Part shown: positions 25,968-34,352 of the stretch, piece after piece | Layout: every line of letters starts with the position of its first letter | How positions within the stretch are numbered: position 1 is the stretch's first letter | From: Spongiibacteraceae bacterium | GTDB taxonomy: Bacteria; Pseudomonadota; Gammaproteobacteria; Pseudomonadales; Spongiibacteraceae | Direction of reading: 5' to 3' | Length of the DNA stretch: 47,294 bases | Assembly: GCA_041591575.1 (NCBI GenBank) | Contig: JBFHRT010000001.1 | Location: forward strand, 1-47,294 | Translations under genes and position numbers: made by a program | The notes under the pieces: generated by a model | Database searches by the model: none | Seen by the model: only the letters and a program-made list of their open reading frames with translations | What the model was told of the DNA's origin: nothing

Positions 25968-26984
25968 GTGAAAGCCGCCGTGTTCAAGGGTGTTGATCGC
26001 CCGCTGACTATCGACACCGTGGCCGACCCCACACCGGAGGCCGACGAGCTGGTGCTGAAGGTCGCCTACTGCGGCATCTGCGGCACCGATCTGCACGCCA
26101 CCCGCGAAGGCATTGCCACCGTACCCTGCGATTCCATTCTCGGCCACGAGTTCGTTGGCGAAGTGGTGGATGGTGGCGCCCACACCCGCGAGCACTGGCG
26201 GGCCGGCGAGCGCGTCTGCGCCCTGCCCTTTCTCGCCTGCGGCCGCTGCCCCGCCTGCGTCAACGGCCGCCCTTTCCAGTGCAGCCAGCGCCGGCTCACC
26301 GGGCTGGAGGTACCCGGCGGCTTCGCCGACTACGTCAAGACCCATGCCAGCGCCACCCTGCGTCTGCCCGATGCGCTGGCCTTTGAGCGCGCCGCGCTGA
26401 TCGAGCCGCTGGCAGTGGCGCTGCACGCGGTGCGCGTGGCCGGGCTGCAGGCCGGGCAGCGCGTGCTGATTCTTGGTGCCGGCCCGGTGGGGCTGGCGGT
26501 GGCGCTGTGGGCCAATACCCTGGGCGCGGCCGCGGTGGTGGTGAGCGAACCCGCCAGCGGCCGCCGCGCGCTGGCCGCCAAGCTCGGCGCCACCGCCCTG
26601 ATCGAGCCCGGTGAGAACCTGGCCGAGCAGATGCGCGATGCCGCCGGCGGCGATGCTGACATCATCTTCGAGTGCGTGGGCGCGCCCGGCATGCTCCAAC
26701 ACTGCGTGGACATCGCCGCCTTCGGCAGCCGCATCGTACCGGTGGGGGTGTGCGAACAGCCCGACAGCTTTATGCCCTTTATCGCGCTAACCAAGGAGCT
26801 GCGCATCCAGTTCGCCATCGCCTATAGCCGTGACGACTTTCTCACTGCCATGCAACTGCTGGCCCAGGGCCGCATCGACGCCTCGGCCATGGTTACCGAT
26901 ACCGTGCCACTGGAGTCCATGCCGCCGGTATTCGAGGCGCTGCGCAGCCCGGGCGAACAGTGCAAGGTGCTGGTAGCGCTCTGA
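25968..26984 (+). CDS. Zinc-dependent alcohol dehydrogenase (MDR family)
   Basis: 338 aa, GTG start 4 nt after the GST stop. Catalytic-Zn region CGICGTDLH..GHEFVGEV, structural-Zn Cys cluster CGRCPACVNG..C, and GAGPVGL Rossmann motif. Confidence 0.92.
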   Translation: MKAAVFKGVDRPLTIDTVADPTPEADELVLKVAYCGICGTDLHATREGIATVPCDSILGHEFVGEVVDGGAHTREHWRAGERVCALPFLACGRCPACVNGRPFQCSQRRLTGLEVPGGFADYVKTHASATLRLPDALAFERAALIEPLAVALHAVRVAGLQAGQRVLILGAGPVGLAVALWANTLGAAAVVVSEPASGRRALAAKLGATALIEPGENLAEQMRDAAGGDADIIFECVGAPGMLQHCVDIAAFGSRIVPVGVCEQPDSFMPFIALTKELRIQFAIAYSRDDFLTAMQLLAQGRIDASAMVTDTVPLESMPPVFEALRSPGEQCKVLVAL

Positions 26985-27050
26985 CTCACTCTGTAAGTGC
27001 CGGACCGAAACCGGCCCGGCGTGCCGATAACGATAACGAGAGGCACTGCT

Positions 27051-28553
27051 ATGACGACACGATTGATCGCAACGCTGGCGCTGGCCGCCCTGCTGCTCGC
27101 CGGCGGCTGCAACGACGACAGCCATCGCCGCGGCGCACCCGCCGCTGGACTCCCTCCCCGCGTTGACGGTCCCTTCGCGCCGCGGCCCGACACCACCGAG
27201 GGCCTGGTCAACAGCTCCTGGGACCTGATGGAGGTGTTGGAATACGGCAAGCTGGAAGGCGCCTGCGAGCGCTATGAGGCCATGGCCGAACCCACGCGCC
27301 GCGACATGCTGCTGTGTGGCAAGTACATGTTCTTCTATGAAACCTACGACACCGTGGGTGCGCCGGGCCCACTGCTGCGCCTGCTGATCAATGAGTTCCC
27401 CGACATCGTCGGCCCCGGCTTTGCCGGCCACGGCATGATTCCCGACCCCACCGCCGACGAAAGCCTGCCGCTGGGCATCACCCCCTCGCGCAACTTCGGC
27501 ACCCCGCCCATCGTCGACAGCTACGCCTACACCTGCCCAGCCTGCCACTTAGGCAAGCTTCCCGACGGCCGCTACTCGGTGGGCGCACCCAACCACGACT
27601 ACGACTACGGTCGGCAAATGCTGAGCATGTTCCTGTTCCCAATGCTCGCCATCGGCGACCCGGAGTCGCGCCACCACCCTGACGCGGTGGAAAAAGTGCG
27701 GCCGCTGCTGGACAAGGTGGCCGCCGACCCGCAGCTGCGCGCCCGCATCGCCGCCGACTTCCTGCCGCTGATGGCGCCACTGGCCACCTCCGCCACCCTG
27801 CCCGACCGCGAGGACGAGGGCCACTACGCCAGCTGGAAGACCGGGGTGCAGGACTTCGTCATTGACCCGCTGCCGCTGGAAGACGACGTGCACATCGCCG
27901 GCAAGATCCTCAGCCTGTGGGGCATGCCCAATGAAAGCGAGCGCGAGCGCACGGGCATGATCCACGGCATGCTGGCCCACAGCGGCGTCGGCCACAGCCT
28001 CTACCGCTTCCTGGAGGGCTTCATCCAGCTGGGCGGTGGCGAACCCGAGCAGTGGCCGCGCGAGCGCCTGCGCCCGCTGGTGGCATACGTGCACAGCCTG
28101 CGCGCCCCGGCCAACCCCGAGCCGGCGCCACGTGAACAGCTCGCCCGCGGTGAGCAGCTCTTTTACCGCGAGGGCTGCATCGACTGCCACGACGGTCCCC
28201 ACGGCAGCGGCAAGCGCATCTACAACTTCGAGGAAATCGGCACCGACGACGCCCTACGCTACTGGCTGGACCCGGAGCTGGACGGCGAACCCTGCTGCAA
28301 TGTGGAGTTCGAGGAGGGCGAGGGCCTGACCCACGGCGTCAAATCGCCGCGGCTAGTGGGCCTGTGGACCATGAAGCGCTTTCTGCACAACGGCGAACTG
28401 GACAGCCTGGAACAGTTGCTGTGCTTGGACGGCCCCCGCGAGGCCCAGGCCAATCCCGAGCAGCGCCCCTTCAGCCGCGCCGGCCATGTGTTCGGCTGTG
28501 AGTTGGGCGACAGCGACCGGCACGCACTGATCGCCTATCTCAAGGCGCATTGA
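27051..28553 (+). CDS. Di-haem cytochrome c lipoprotein, CCP/MauG-superfamily-like, short form (500 aa)
   Basis: The ATG at 27051 gives lipobox ALAALLLAGGC. Two CxxCH motifs (CPACH, CIDCH). FLHNGELDSLEQLL is CCP-like. It aligns clearly to 6214-8880 (LCGKYMFFYE / LCGKYQFFYE; CHLGKLPDGRYSVG / CHMGRLPDGRYAVG; GHVFGCELGDSD..LIAYLK / GHEFGCELSDDD..LIDYLK). Confidence 0.85.
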   Translation: MTTRLIATLALAALLLAGGCNDDSHRRGAPAAGLPPRVDGPFAPRPDTTEGLVNSSWDLMEVLEYGKLEGACERYEAMAEPTRRDMLLCGKYMFFYETYDTVGAPGPLLRLLINEFPDIVGPGFAGHGMIPDPTADESLPLGITPSRNFGTPPIVDSYAYTCPACHLGKLPDGRYSVGAPNHDYDYGRQMLSMFLFPMLAIGDPESRHHPDAVEKVRPLLDKVAADPQLRARIAADFLPLMAPLATSATLPDREDEGHYASWKTGVQDFVIDPLPLEDDVHIAGKILSLWGMPNESERERTGMIHGMLAHSGVGHSLYRFLEGFIQLGGGEPEQWPRERLRPLVAYVHSLRAPANPEPAPREQLARGEQLFYREGCIDCHDGPHGSGKRIYNFEEIGTDDALRYWLDPELDGEPCCNVEFEEGEGLTHGVKSPRLVGLWTMKRFLHNGELDSLEQLLCLDGPREAQANPEQRPFSRAGHVFGCELGDSDRHALIAYLKAH

Positions 28554-28625
28554 TGGCGCGGCTGTGCGCCGAACGCTGCTTCCAAGCTGAAGTTGACCTG
28601 CGCTGCAAGCGAGAGAAAAACCGAT

Positions 28626-29396
28626 ATGTCAGAACTGAAGTTTGCCAATAAATCGGTCGTCGTCACCGGCGCGGGCTCTGGCATCGGCCGCGCCGTGGCG
28701 CAGGCCTTTGCCAGCGCCGGCGCGTCGCTGACCCTGTGCGATATCGACGCAACCGCGCTGCGCCAGACCGCCGATGCGCTACGCGCCGATGCCCACAGCC
28801 ATGAAAGCAGCGTTGCGACACAGCTGCTGGATGTCAGAAATCCGGCCAGTTGCCGGCAGGTGATCGCCACTGCCGTCGAACAGTTCGGCGGCATCGATGT
28901 GCTCTGCAACAGCGCGGGCATTGCCCGCTGCGCTTACTTCACCGACATCGCCGTTGAGGACTGGCAGGCGGTCATCGACACCAACCTCAATGGTGTCTTC
29001 CATCTGAGTCAGGCGGTCATCCCCCACCTGCTCGAGCGCGGCGGCTGCATCGTCAACCTCGCCTCCGTCGCCGGCCTCAAGGGCCAGGCCTATACCGCGG
29101 CCTACTGCGCCAGCAAGTTTGCGGTCATCGGACTGACCCAGTCGCTGGCACTGGAATATGCCCAACAGGGGCTGCGCGTCAACGCGGTGTGTCCGGGCGG
29201 CACCGACACCGCCATGGTCGCCGGTTTTATGCCGCCACCCGATGCCGACCCGGCATTGATGGCGCGCTACCTGCCGCTAACCGAGATGGCCGAGGCCGAG
29301 GATATCGCCCAGGTAATACTGTTTCTGAGTTCCGAGCGCGCGCGGCATATCAACGGCGTCGCACTGCCGGTGGATGGCGGGGTGTGCGCGGGCTGA
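28626..29396 (+). CDS. SDR-family oxidoreductase
   Basis: 256 aa from the ATG at 28626. VVVTGAGSGIGRAVA and YCASKFA are present. Confidence 0.9.
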   Translation: MSELKFANKSVVVTGAGSGIGRAVAQAFASAGASLTLCDIDATALRQTADALRADAHSHESSVATQLLDVRNPASCRQVIATAVEQFGGIDVLCNSAGIARCAYFTDIAVEDWQAVIDTNLNGVFHLSQAVIPHLLERGGCIVNLASVAGLKGQAYTAAYCASKFAVIGLTQSLALEYAQQGLRVNAVCPGGTDTAMVAGFMPPPDADPALMARYLPLTEMAEAEDIAQVILFLSSERARHINGVALPVDGGVCAG

Positions 29397-30571
29397 TGGC
29401 GGCAATATTCACCCACATCGGGCCACAGGCCCTGAACCGTCGGCTGCAGCGGCACCTGCGCGCCGGCAGCAGCGACCTCGCCCCCGGCAAGTTGCAACTG
29501 CCCGCCGACTATTACCTGGACCCCGAGCAGTGGCAGCGCGAACGCGAATACCTTTTTCAGCGCCTGCCGCTGCTGGCCGGTTTCAGTGTGGAGTTGCCCG
29601 CGCCCGGCGACTACAAGGCGCTGCAACTGATGGACACGTCGGTGCTGCTGATTCGCGGCGACGATCAGCGCGTGCGCGCCTTTATCAACAGCTGCCAGCA
29701 CCGCGGCGGCCGGCTGAAAGACGAGGGCCGCGGCCATTGCCACAAGCTGGTCTGTCCCTACCACGCCTGGCGCTACAACCGCAGCGGCGAACTGATCAGC
29801 ATCCTCGATCAGGAAAAATTTGGCGAGCTGGAGCGCCGGCAGCACAATTTGGCGCCGCTGGCCTGCGCCGAAGACGCGGGGCTAATTTTTGTCTCCCTGG
29901 GCGAAACAGTTGTGCTTGAAGAGTTTCTGGGCGGCATGCTGGCGGAACTCCGCGAACTGGGGCTCGAGCGCTGGCAGCTGTGGGACAGGCGCGAACTCAG
30001 CACCGGCAACTGGAAGCTGGCCCACGACGGCTACCTGGACGGCTATCACCTAGCCTCGCTGCACCCCCACAGCGTCGGCAGCGTGGTGCATAACAATGTG
30101 CTGCTGTTCGACCACTGGGGCCCGCACCAGCGCATGAGCTTTGCGCAGAAAGAGCTGGACCGCGACCGAGCTCCCGAACTGCCGGACGCAGGCACCATCA
30201 TCATCCGCACCGTGTTCCCCAATGTGTCCATTTCGGTGGCGCGGGACTGGGGCGGCATGATCTCGGTGTTATGGCCGGGTGCCAGCGCGGATCAATCCCG
30301 AACCGAGCAGTATTTTCTCTACGCCCCTGCGACAGAGAACGAGGAATACAGCGAGCAGGTACGCGCCGAGATCGCCCTCTACCACAACGCGGTGCGCGCC
30401 GAAGACTACTCCATGGTGGACAAGGTGCAGCAAAACCTCGCCGTCGGCTCACCGGCCTCGGTCACCTTCGGTCGCAATGAATTGGGCAACCAGCGCTGGC
30501 ACGCCTGGCTAAAGTATTACTGCGAGCAGAGCGGCGAGGCGCCGTCCATACCAACCATTACCGCACAATGA
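29396..30571 (+). CDS. Rieske [2Fe-2S] non-haem-iron oxygenase, alpha subunit
   Basis: 391 aa. The ATG overlaps the SDR stop (TGATG). Rieske motif CQHRGGRL...CPYHAWRY, and a mononuclear-iron region HDGYLDGYHLASLH. The track ORF start at 29189 lies inside the SDR gene. Confidence 0.9.
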   Translation: MAAIFTHIGPQALNRRLQRHLRAGSSDLAPGKLQLPADYYLDPEQWQREREYLFQRLPLLAGFSVELPAPGDYKALQLMDTSVLLIRGDDQRVRAFINSCQHRGGRLKDEGRGHCHKLVCPYHAWRYNRSGELISILDQEKFGELERRQHNLAPLACAEDAGLIFVSLGETVVLEEFLGGMLAELRELGLERWQLWDRRELSTGNWKLAHDGYLDGYHLASLHPHSVGSVVHNNVLLFDHWGPHQRMSFAQKELDRDRAPELPDAGTIIIRTVFPNVSISVARDWGGMISVLWPGASADQSRTEQYFLYAPATENEEYSEQVRAEIALYHNAVRAEDYSMVDKVQQNLAVGSPASVTFGRNELGNQRWHAWLKYYCEQSGEAPSIPTITAQ

Positions 30572-30615
30572 GTCTGCACTCGCGCCCGCAATTTGGTGGC
30601 TGTCCCCAATTATTC

Positions 30616-30737
30616 CTCGTCATCGCGAGGAGCTTTTTTCTGCGACGCGGCGATCTCCATCAGCGCTCTGCCAATCGGCATGAGATTGCCGCGTCCCCAG
30701 ATCACTGAACAACGTGATCCGGCTTCTCGAAATGACC
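30616..30737 (-). repeat. REP/MITE-like element, copy H (variant with a 22-nt mini-hairpin insertion)
   Basis: CTCGTCATCGCGAGGAGC..GCGACGCGGCGATCTCC..CTCTGCCAA..GAGATTGCCGCGTCCCC-aGATCACtgaacaacGTGATCc-GGCTTCTCGAAATGACC. The insertion is shared only with copy I. Confidence 0.8.
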
Positions 30738-30738
30738 A

Positions 30739-30766
30739 CAAGAAAACAAGAAAACGACAAGAAAAC
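30739..30766. repeat. Short tandem repeat, (C)AAGAAAAC x3
   Basis: CAAGAAAAC-AAGAAAAC-GA-CAAGAAAAC between repeat copy H and the TPR gene stop codon. Confidence 0.6.
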
Positions 30767-30798
30767 GGGGACAGCCCCCGATTTTCTAGCACAAGAAC

Positions 30799-32250
30799 TC
30801 AGTTCTTCCCCGAGCAAACACCTCGACTTTCCAGCGCTGACAGCGATCCCGACATCCAGTCAAGTCGCTTCTTCGAACAGCTTCCCTCCGACTCACACTG
30901 CGCAAGATAGCTGCGGGCGTCAGACATAAAAACACAGTCGTTCAAGTGCCAGCGTGCTGCCGCCAGCCAATAGCGGTCATTTAGGCCATCCTGTCTAAGC
31001 GCCAAGGCTATTTCATAATGCTCTATCGCGCTCTGGTAATCTTTCTTGGAGTAATACACCGAGCCCAGATAACTTCGCGACACCGCATTGGTGTCATCGT
31101 AGGCGATGGCATCGTGCAGATCTGCTATCGCGAGGTCATACTTTTTCAGCTCATAATAGACTCGCCCCCTGGTGGTGAGCGCGCGCCGGCTCATCCGGTC
31201 GTAGCCAATGGCCTCGTTGAGTACCTGCAGCGCTGCATCGTAGTTCTTTAAGCGATAGAGATATTGTCCTTTCAAGGCAAGGCGCCTGGCATTCTCGGGA
31301 TTTAACTCCAGGGAGCTATCTAGGTCCCTGATTGCCGCATCATAGTCACGCAGGCAAGCATGCTTATAGGCACGCTCTAGGTAGAAAATATGGTGCTCGC
31401 CCTTGGACAGTGCCTTATCCAGATAGGCAATCGCCTCTCGGCATCGTTTCTTTGATCGTATCCGGTCAGCGCGCACAAAATCCGCAAATCCCCGCAGGCT
31501 CGCCAGTCGCTGATTCGACGCCATCAGCTCTTCCAAGAACACCAGGTATTGCTCAACCTCTCGCATGGAACCACCCCACTTCGGCATCCTGGAGAACACA
31601 TACTGGTAGTGGGGAAGATAGGAGTGGGAATCCACTTCTAATGCCTGTTTGAGATTTGCAAGCAACGACGCCGATTCGCCCTCGGCGTTGTCCATCCGCA
31701 GTAAACGCTCATAGGCGACAATGAGCTTGGCATTGCGCTGCAGCGCGACCGTAATCATCTTTCTGGCCTTGGCGAAGTACTCATGCATTGACAGGAACTG
31801 CCGCTCCGGCGTCTTGCTGGCCCACTGACTGCCACGCGCCAGCCAGCCGAAATGCTCGTAGTAATACGCCAGTGCCAGCGGGGGCGCGAAATGCGAGGGA
31901 TAGCGAGCGTTCCAGTCCAGCAGCATGCTCTCCAGTGCAGGATCGGCATTGGCGAAGGCGAGAAACGCATGGCGGACCAGCATCTCGTCACCTGCCCCCA
32001 TCTCGTAGTCGCCCTGAAGCTCGGCTAGGAAAGCATTCAGCCTTGCATAGTCTTTGTTTTGCAACCATGCGAGCACCTGCAGCTTTGACGGATGCCGGTA
32101 TGGGTAAGCATTCGGGTCCCGCACAGTCGCGTCGCCGCCACTGCTGCCTTGAACATGCTCCCCGTCCAGATTAGTCGACTCCAAGGCGTGGGCAGAAACC
32201 ATACTCCCGAGCATCAATACGCATCGCAATAGCTGTTTCACCGACGTCAC
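30799..32250 (-). CDS. Secreted DUF4034-like plus tetratricopeptide-repeat (TPR) protein
   Basis: About 480 aa. Signal peptide ..LLRCVLMLGSMVSAHA|LE. The N-terminal half (W..RYP.S...PLALAYYYEHFGWLARG) resembles DUF4034. The C-terminal half has about 5 TPR units (Y..A...L..A..L.P.N..). The likely true start is the in-frame GTG at 32241, 8 nt after AAGGAG. G+C is visibly lower than in the flanks. Confidence 0.8.
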   Translation of the reverse strand: MTSVKQLLRCVLMLGSMVSAHALESTNLDGEHVQGSSGGDATVRDPNAYPYRHPSKLQVLAWLQNKDYARLNAFLAELQGDYEMGAGDEMLVRHAFLAFANADPALESMLLDWNARYPSHFAPPLALAYYYEHFGWLARGSQWASKTPERQFLSMHEYFAKARKMITVALQRNAKLIVAYERLLRMDNAEGESASLLANLKQALEVDSHSYLPHYQYVFSRMPKWGGSMREVEQYLVFLEELMASNQRLASLRGFADFVRADRIRSKKRCREAIAYLDKALSKGEHHIFYLERAYKHACLRDYDAAIRDLDSSLELNPENARRLALKGQYLYRLKNYDAALQVLNEAIGYDRMSRRALTTRGRVYYELKKYDLAIADLHDAIAYDDTNAVSRSYLGSVYYSKKDYQSAIEHYEIALALRQDGLNDRYWLAAARWHLNDCVFMSDARSYLAQCESEGSCSKKRLDWMSGSLSALESRGVCSGKN

Positions 32251-32381
32251 TCCTTCTTATTGCTTATTTGCGACGACACCATGGCACCGCTGCACTACGC
32301 ATGCAAACTCTCAGAGCAATGTTGGAACAGACATCGGCCGATACAGCCAAAGCGAGAATGGGGACAGTCCCTGATTCCTGT

Positions 32382-32469
32382 GGCGATTCCATTGGGAGTC
32401 TGCCATTCTGAGGGAGATTGCCACGTCACCGAATCACTGAACAACGTGATCCGACTCCTCGCAATGACG
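32382..32469 (-). repeat. REP/MITE-like element, copy I (left arm missing; same 22-nt insertion as copy H)
   Basis: GCGATTCC..GTCTGCCAT..GGGAGATTGCCACGTCACC-gAATCACtgaacaacGTGATCc-GACTCCTCGCAATGACG. Same orientation as copy H. Confidence 0.8.
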
Positions 32470-32486
32470 AAAGCGGAAAAACCCGT

Positions 32487-33482
32487 TCAGCTACCCGCCA
32501 GCCGCGCCACCACCGGCGCGAAGGCCTCGACCATGTTGTTGCTGCCGTCGTCCATTACCGAGATGTAGGAGATGCCGTAGCGCTCGCGGCGCCGCTGCAG
32601 TTCTTCGCAGATGTAATCGACACTACCGATCAGGCAGTGGGGATGGCTGAGCACGTCGTCGGCGCTCAGCCCCAGCGCCTGGCCGACGGCGGTGGCGGTT
32701 TCCTGCTGCTTGTCGGTGACGATGGTGTTGTAGGCGCCGATTTCCAACTCCAGGCTGTCGAAGCGTTCGCCGGCACCCTCTCGTATCCAGCGCACTTTCT
32801 GCTCGGTGGCCGCCGCCAGACCCGAGTTGACACCGTCGACGCCCAGGGTGCCGGCGCGGTTGTTGAAGTTCAGGCTGACGATATCCGCCTCGCGCCCGGC
32901 AAAGCCGAGTATCTTCTTGCTGCCGCCGCCGATCATGATGGGCGGATGCGGCGACTGGGCCGGCGCCGGGCTGCCGCAGAAGCCGTTCCAGTGCAGGTAA
33001 TCGCCCTGGATGTCTAGCTGCTCGCCGCCCATAAAGGCCTTGTAGGCGTGCACAAACTCCACCAAGCGGGCGAAGCGCTGGGGGAATTCATCGAAGCGCA
33101 GCCCGGCGGCCTCGTACTCGGCCTTGATCCAGCCGGCGCCGATGCCCAGCTCGAAACGCCCCTCCGACAGGTAATCCAGGGTGGCCGCTTCCTTGGCCAG
33201 CATCACCGGCAGACGGTAGTCGTTGCAGAACACCCGACAGCCGACGCGCAGGGTAGTGGTCTGCTGCAGGGCCATGGCGATGGCCGGCATCGCCGCCAGC
33301 ATTTGTGGCGGGTGGAAGGTGCTGTCGATGGCCGGACCCGGCCCCAGAAAATGGTCCGCCAGGAAAAAGGTGGAGTAGCCCAGCGCCTCGGTCTTGTCGA
33401 TCAGCTCGCGCCAGCTACGCGGTGAATCGGTGTTGAAGCTCTGCAGCGAAAAGCGAAAGGGTTTGCGCATCGTCATGACCAT
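32487..33482 (-). CDS. LLM-class (luciferase-like) flavin/F420-dependent oxidoreductase
   Basis: About 330 aa. The TIM-barrel LLM opening reads FRFSLQ......W.ELIDKTEALGYSTFFLADHF. The probable start is the third codon ATG (33476), given the position of the GGAGAG Shine-Dalgarno. Confidence 0.85.
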   Translation of the reverse strand: MVMTMRKPFRFSLQSFNTDSPRSWRELIDKTEALGYSTFFLADHFLGPGPAIDSTFHPPQMLAAMPAIAMALQQTTTLRVGCRVFCNDYRLPVMLAKEAATLDYLSEGRFELGIGAGWIKAEYEAAGLRFDEFPQRFARLVEFVHAYKAFMGGEQLDIQGDYLHWNGFCGSPAPAQSPHPPIMIGGGSKKILGFAGREADIVSLNFNNRAGTLGVDGVNSGLAAATEQKVRWIREGAGERFDSLELEIGAYNTIVTDKQQETATAVGQALGLSADDVLSHPHCLIGSVDYICEELQRRRERYGISYISVMDDGSNNMVEAFAPVVARLAGS

Positions 33483-33530
33483 CTCTCCTCGGCGATGTGA
33501 ATCGGGCGGAGCAGCAAAACTGCTGCGCCG

Positions 33531-33875
33531 TTACTCGGTGAAAAAGTCGCCGCGGGGGCGGCCCTCGGGGTCGTATACCGGCTCTTCCAGGGCAATCTTG
33601 AACTTGGACACATCGGCGTTGCGGGCCTGAAAGCGCGTGAGCAGGCCCAGCATCTGCGCGTAATAGGGACCGGCGAGGTGGGCGCAGAGGTCTTCCGAGC
33701 TGGCCCAGTTCTCGAGTACGTAGACGCGGCTGTCGGAGCTGGGGTCGGCGGACCAAACGTAGTGCCGGCAACCCTTTTGCGTCCGGGTTTCCAGCATCAG
33801 CGTTGCGGCCTCGCGCAGCACGCGCTCACGGGTATCCGCGTCGAACTCCACGGTTCCGGTGATCAGTACGGTCAT
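33531..33875 (-). CDS. Antibiotic-biosynthesis-monooxygenase (ABM) family protein
   Basis: 114 aa. The ferredoxin-like ABM pattern is VLITGTVEFD......V...A..L...TR.E.GC..Y.WS.D......V.VLE.W.S...L..H. It overlaps the upstream gene by 4 nt. Confidence 0.8.
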   Translation of the reverse strand: MTVLITGTVEFDADTRERVLREAATLMLETRTQKGCRHYVWSADPSSDSRVYVLENWASSEDLCAHLAGPYYAQMLGLLTRFQARNADVSKFKIALEEPVYDPEGRPRGDFFTE

Positions 33876-34333
33876 GTCTGGCTCCCTGTGCTTGCAGAAG
33901 ATGCATTCGCCGCGCCGTGATAGTGACCGCTGAGATCGGCGGGGCCGCTGTAGAGCAGCGTGTAGTCCCGCTGCTCAAACAGCCACTGGCCGTCGGTGCG
34001 GCGGTAGACATCACGGTAGCGGCCGATAATGCTAGCGGCCTGGCCATTGCTGTCGCGGCTGTGTTCCTGCAGGTAGCAGTGCCCCTCGGCGCGTTCGCCG
34101 TTGATATCGAACAGGCTGGAGCCGGGCAGCATCAGTACAAAATCAAACCCCGCCATCAGCTGCTGCCAGAAGCCGAGAATGTCGCCGCGGCCACTGACGC
34201 TGTTGCCAAGCAGGCTCCAGCGACCGTCCTCGCTCCAGCAGCGGATCCAGTCCTCGCCGTCACGGCGATTGACGGCGTCGATATAGCGGGCCGATAGCCG
34301 GCGCAGGGCAAGTTCATCGTCGATGTGATTCAT
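33872..34333 (-). CDS. SnoaL-like / NTF2-fold family protein
   Basis: 153 aa. The opening reads LALRRLSARYIDAVNRRDGEDWIRCWSEDGRW. Confidence 0.75.
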   Translation of the reverse strand: MNHIDDELALRRLSARYIDAVNRRDGEDWIRCWSEDGRWSLLGNSVSGRGDILGFWQQLMAGFDFVLMLPGSSLFDINGERAEGHCYLQEHSRDSNGQAASIIGRYRDVYRRTDGQWLFEQRDYTLLYSGPADLSGHYHGAANASSASTGSQT

Positions 34334-34352
34334 GTCGGGGCTCCTTGCGCGA

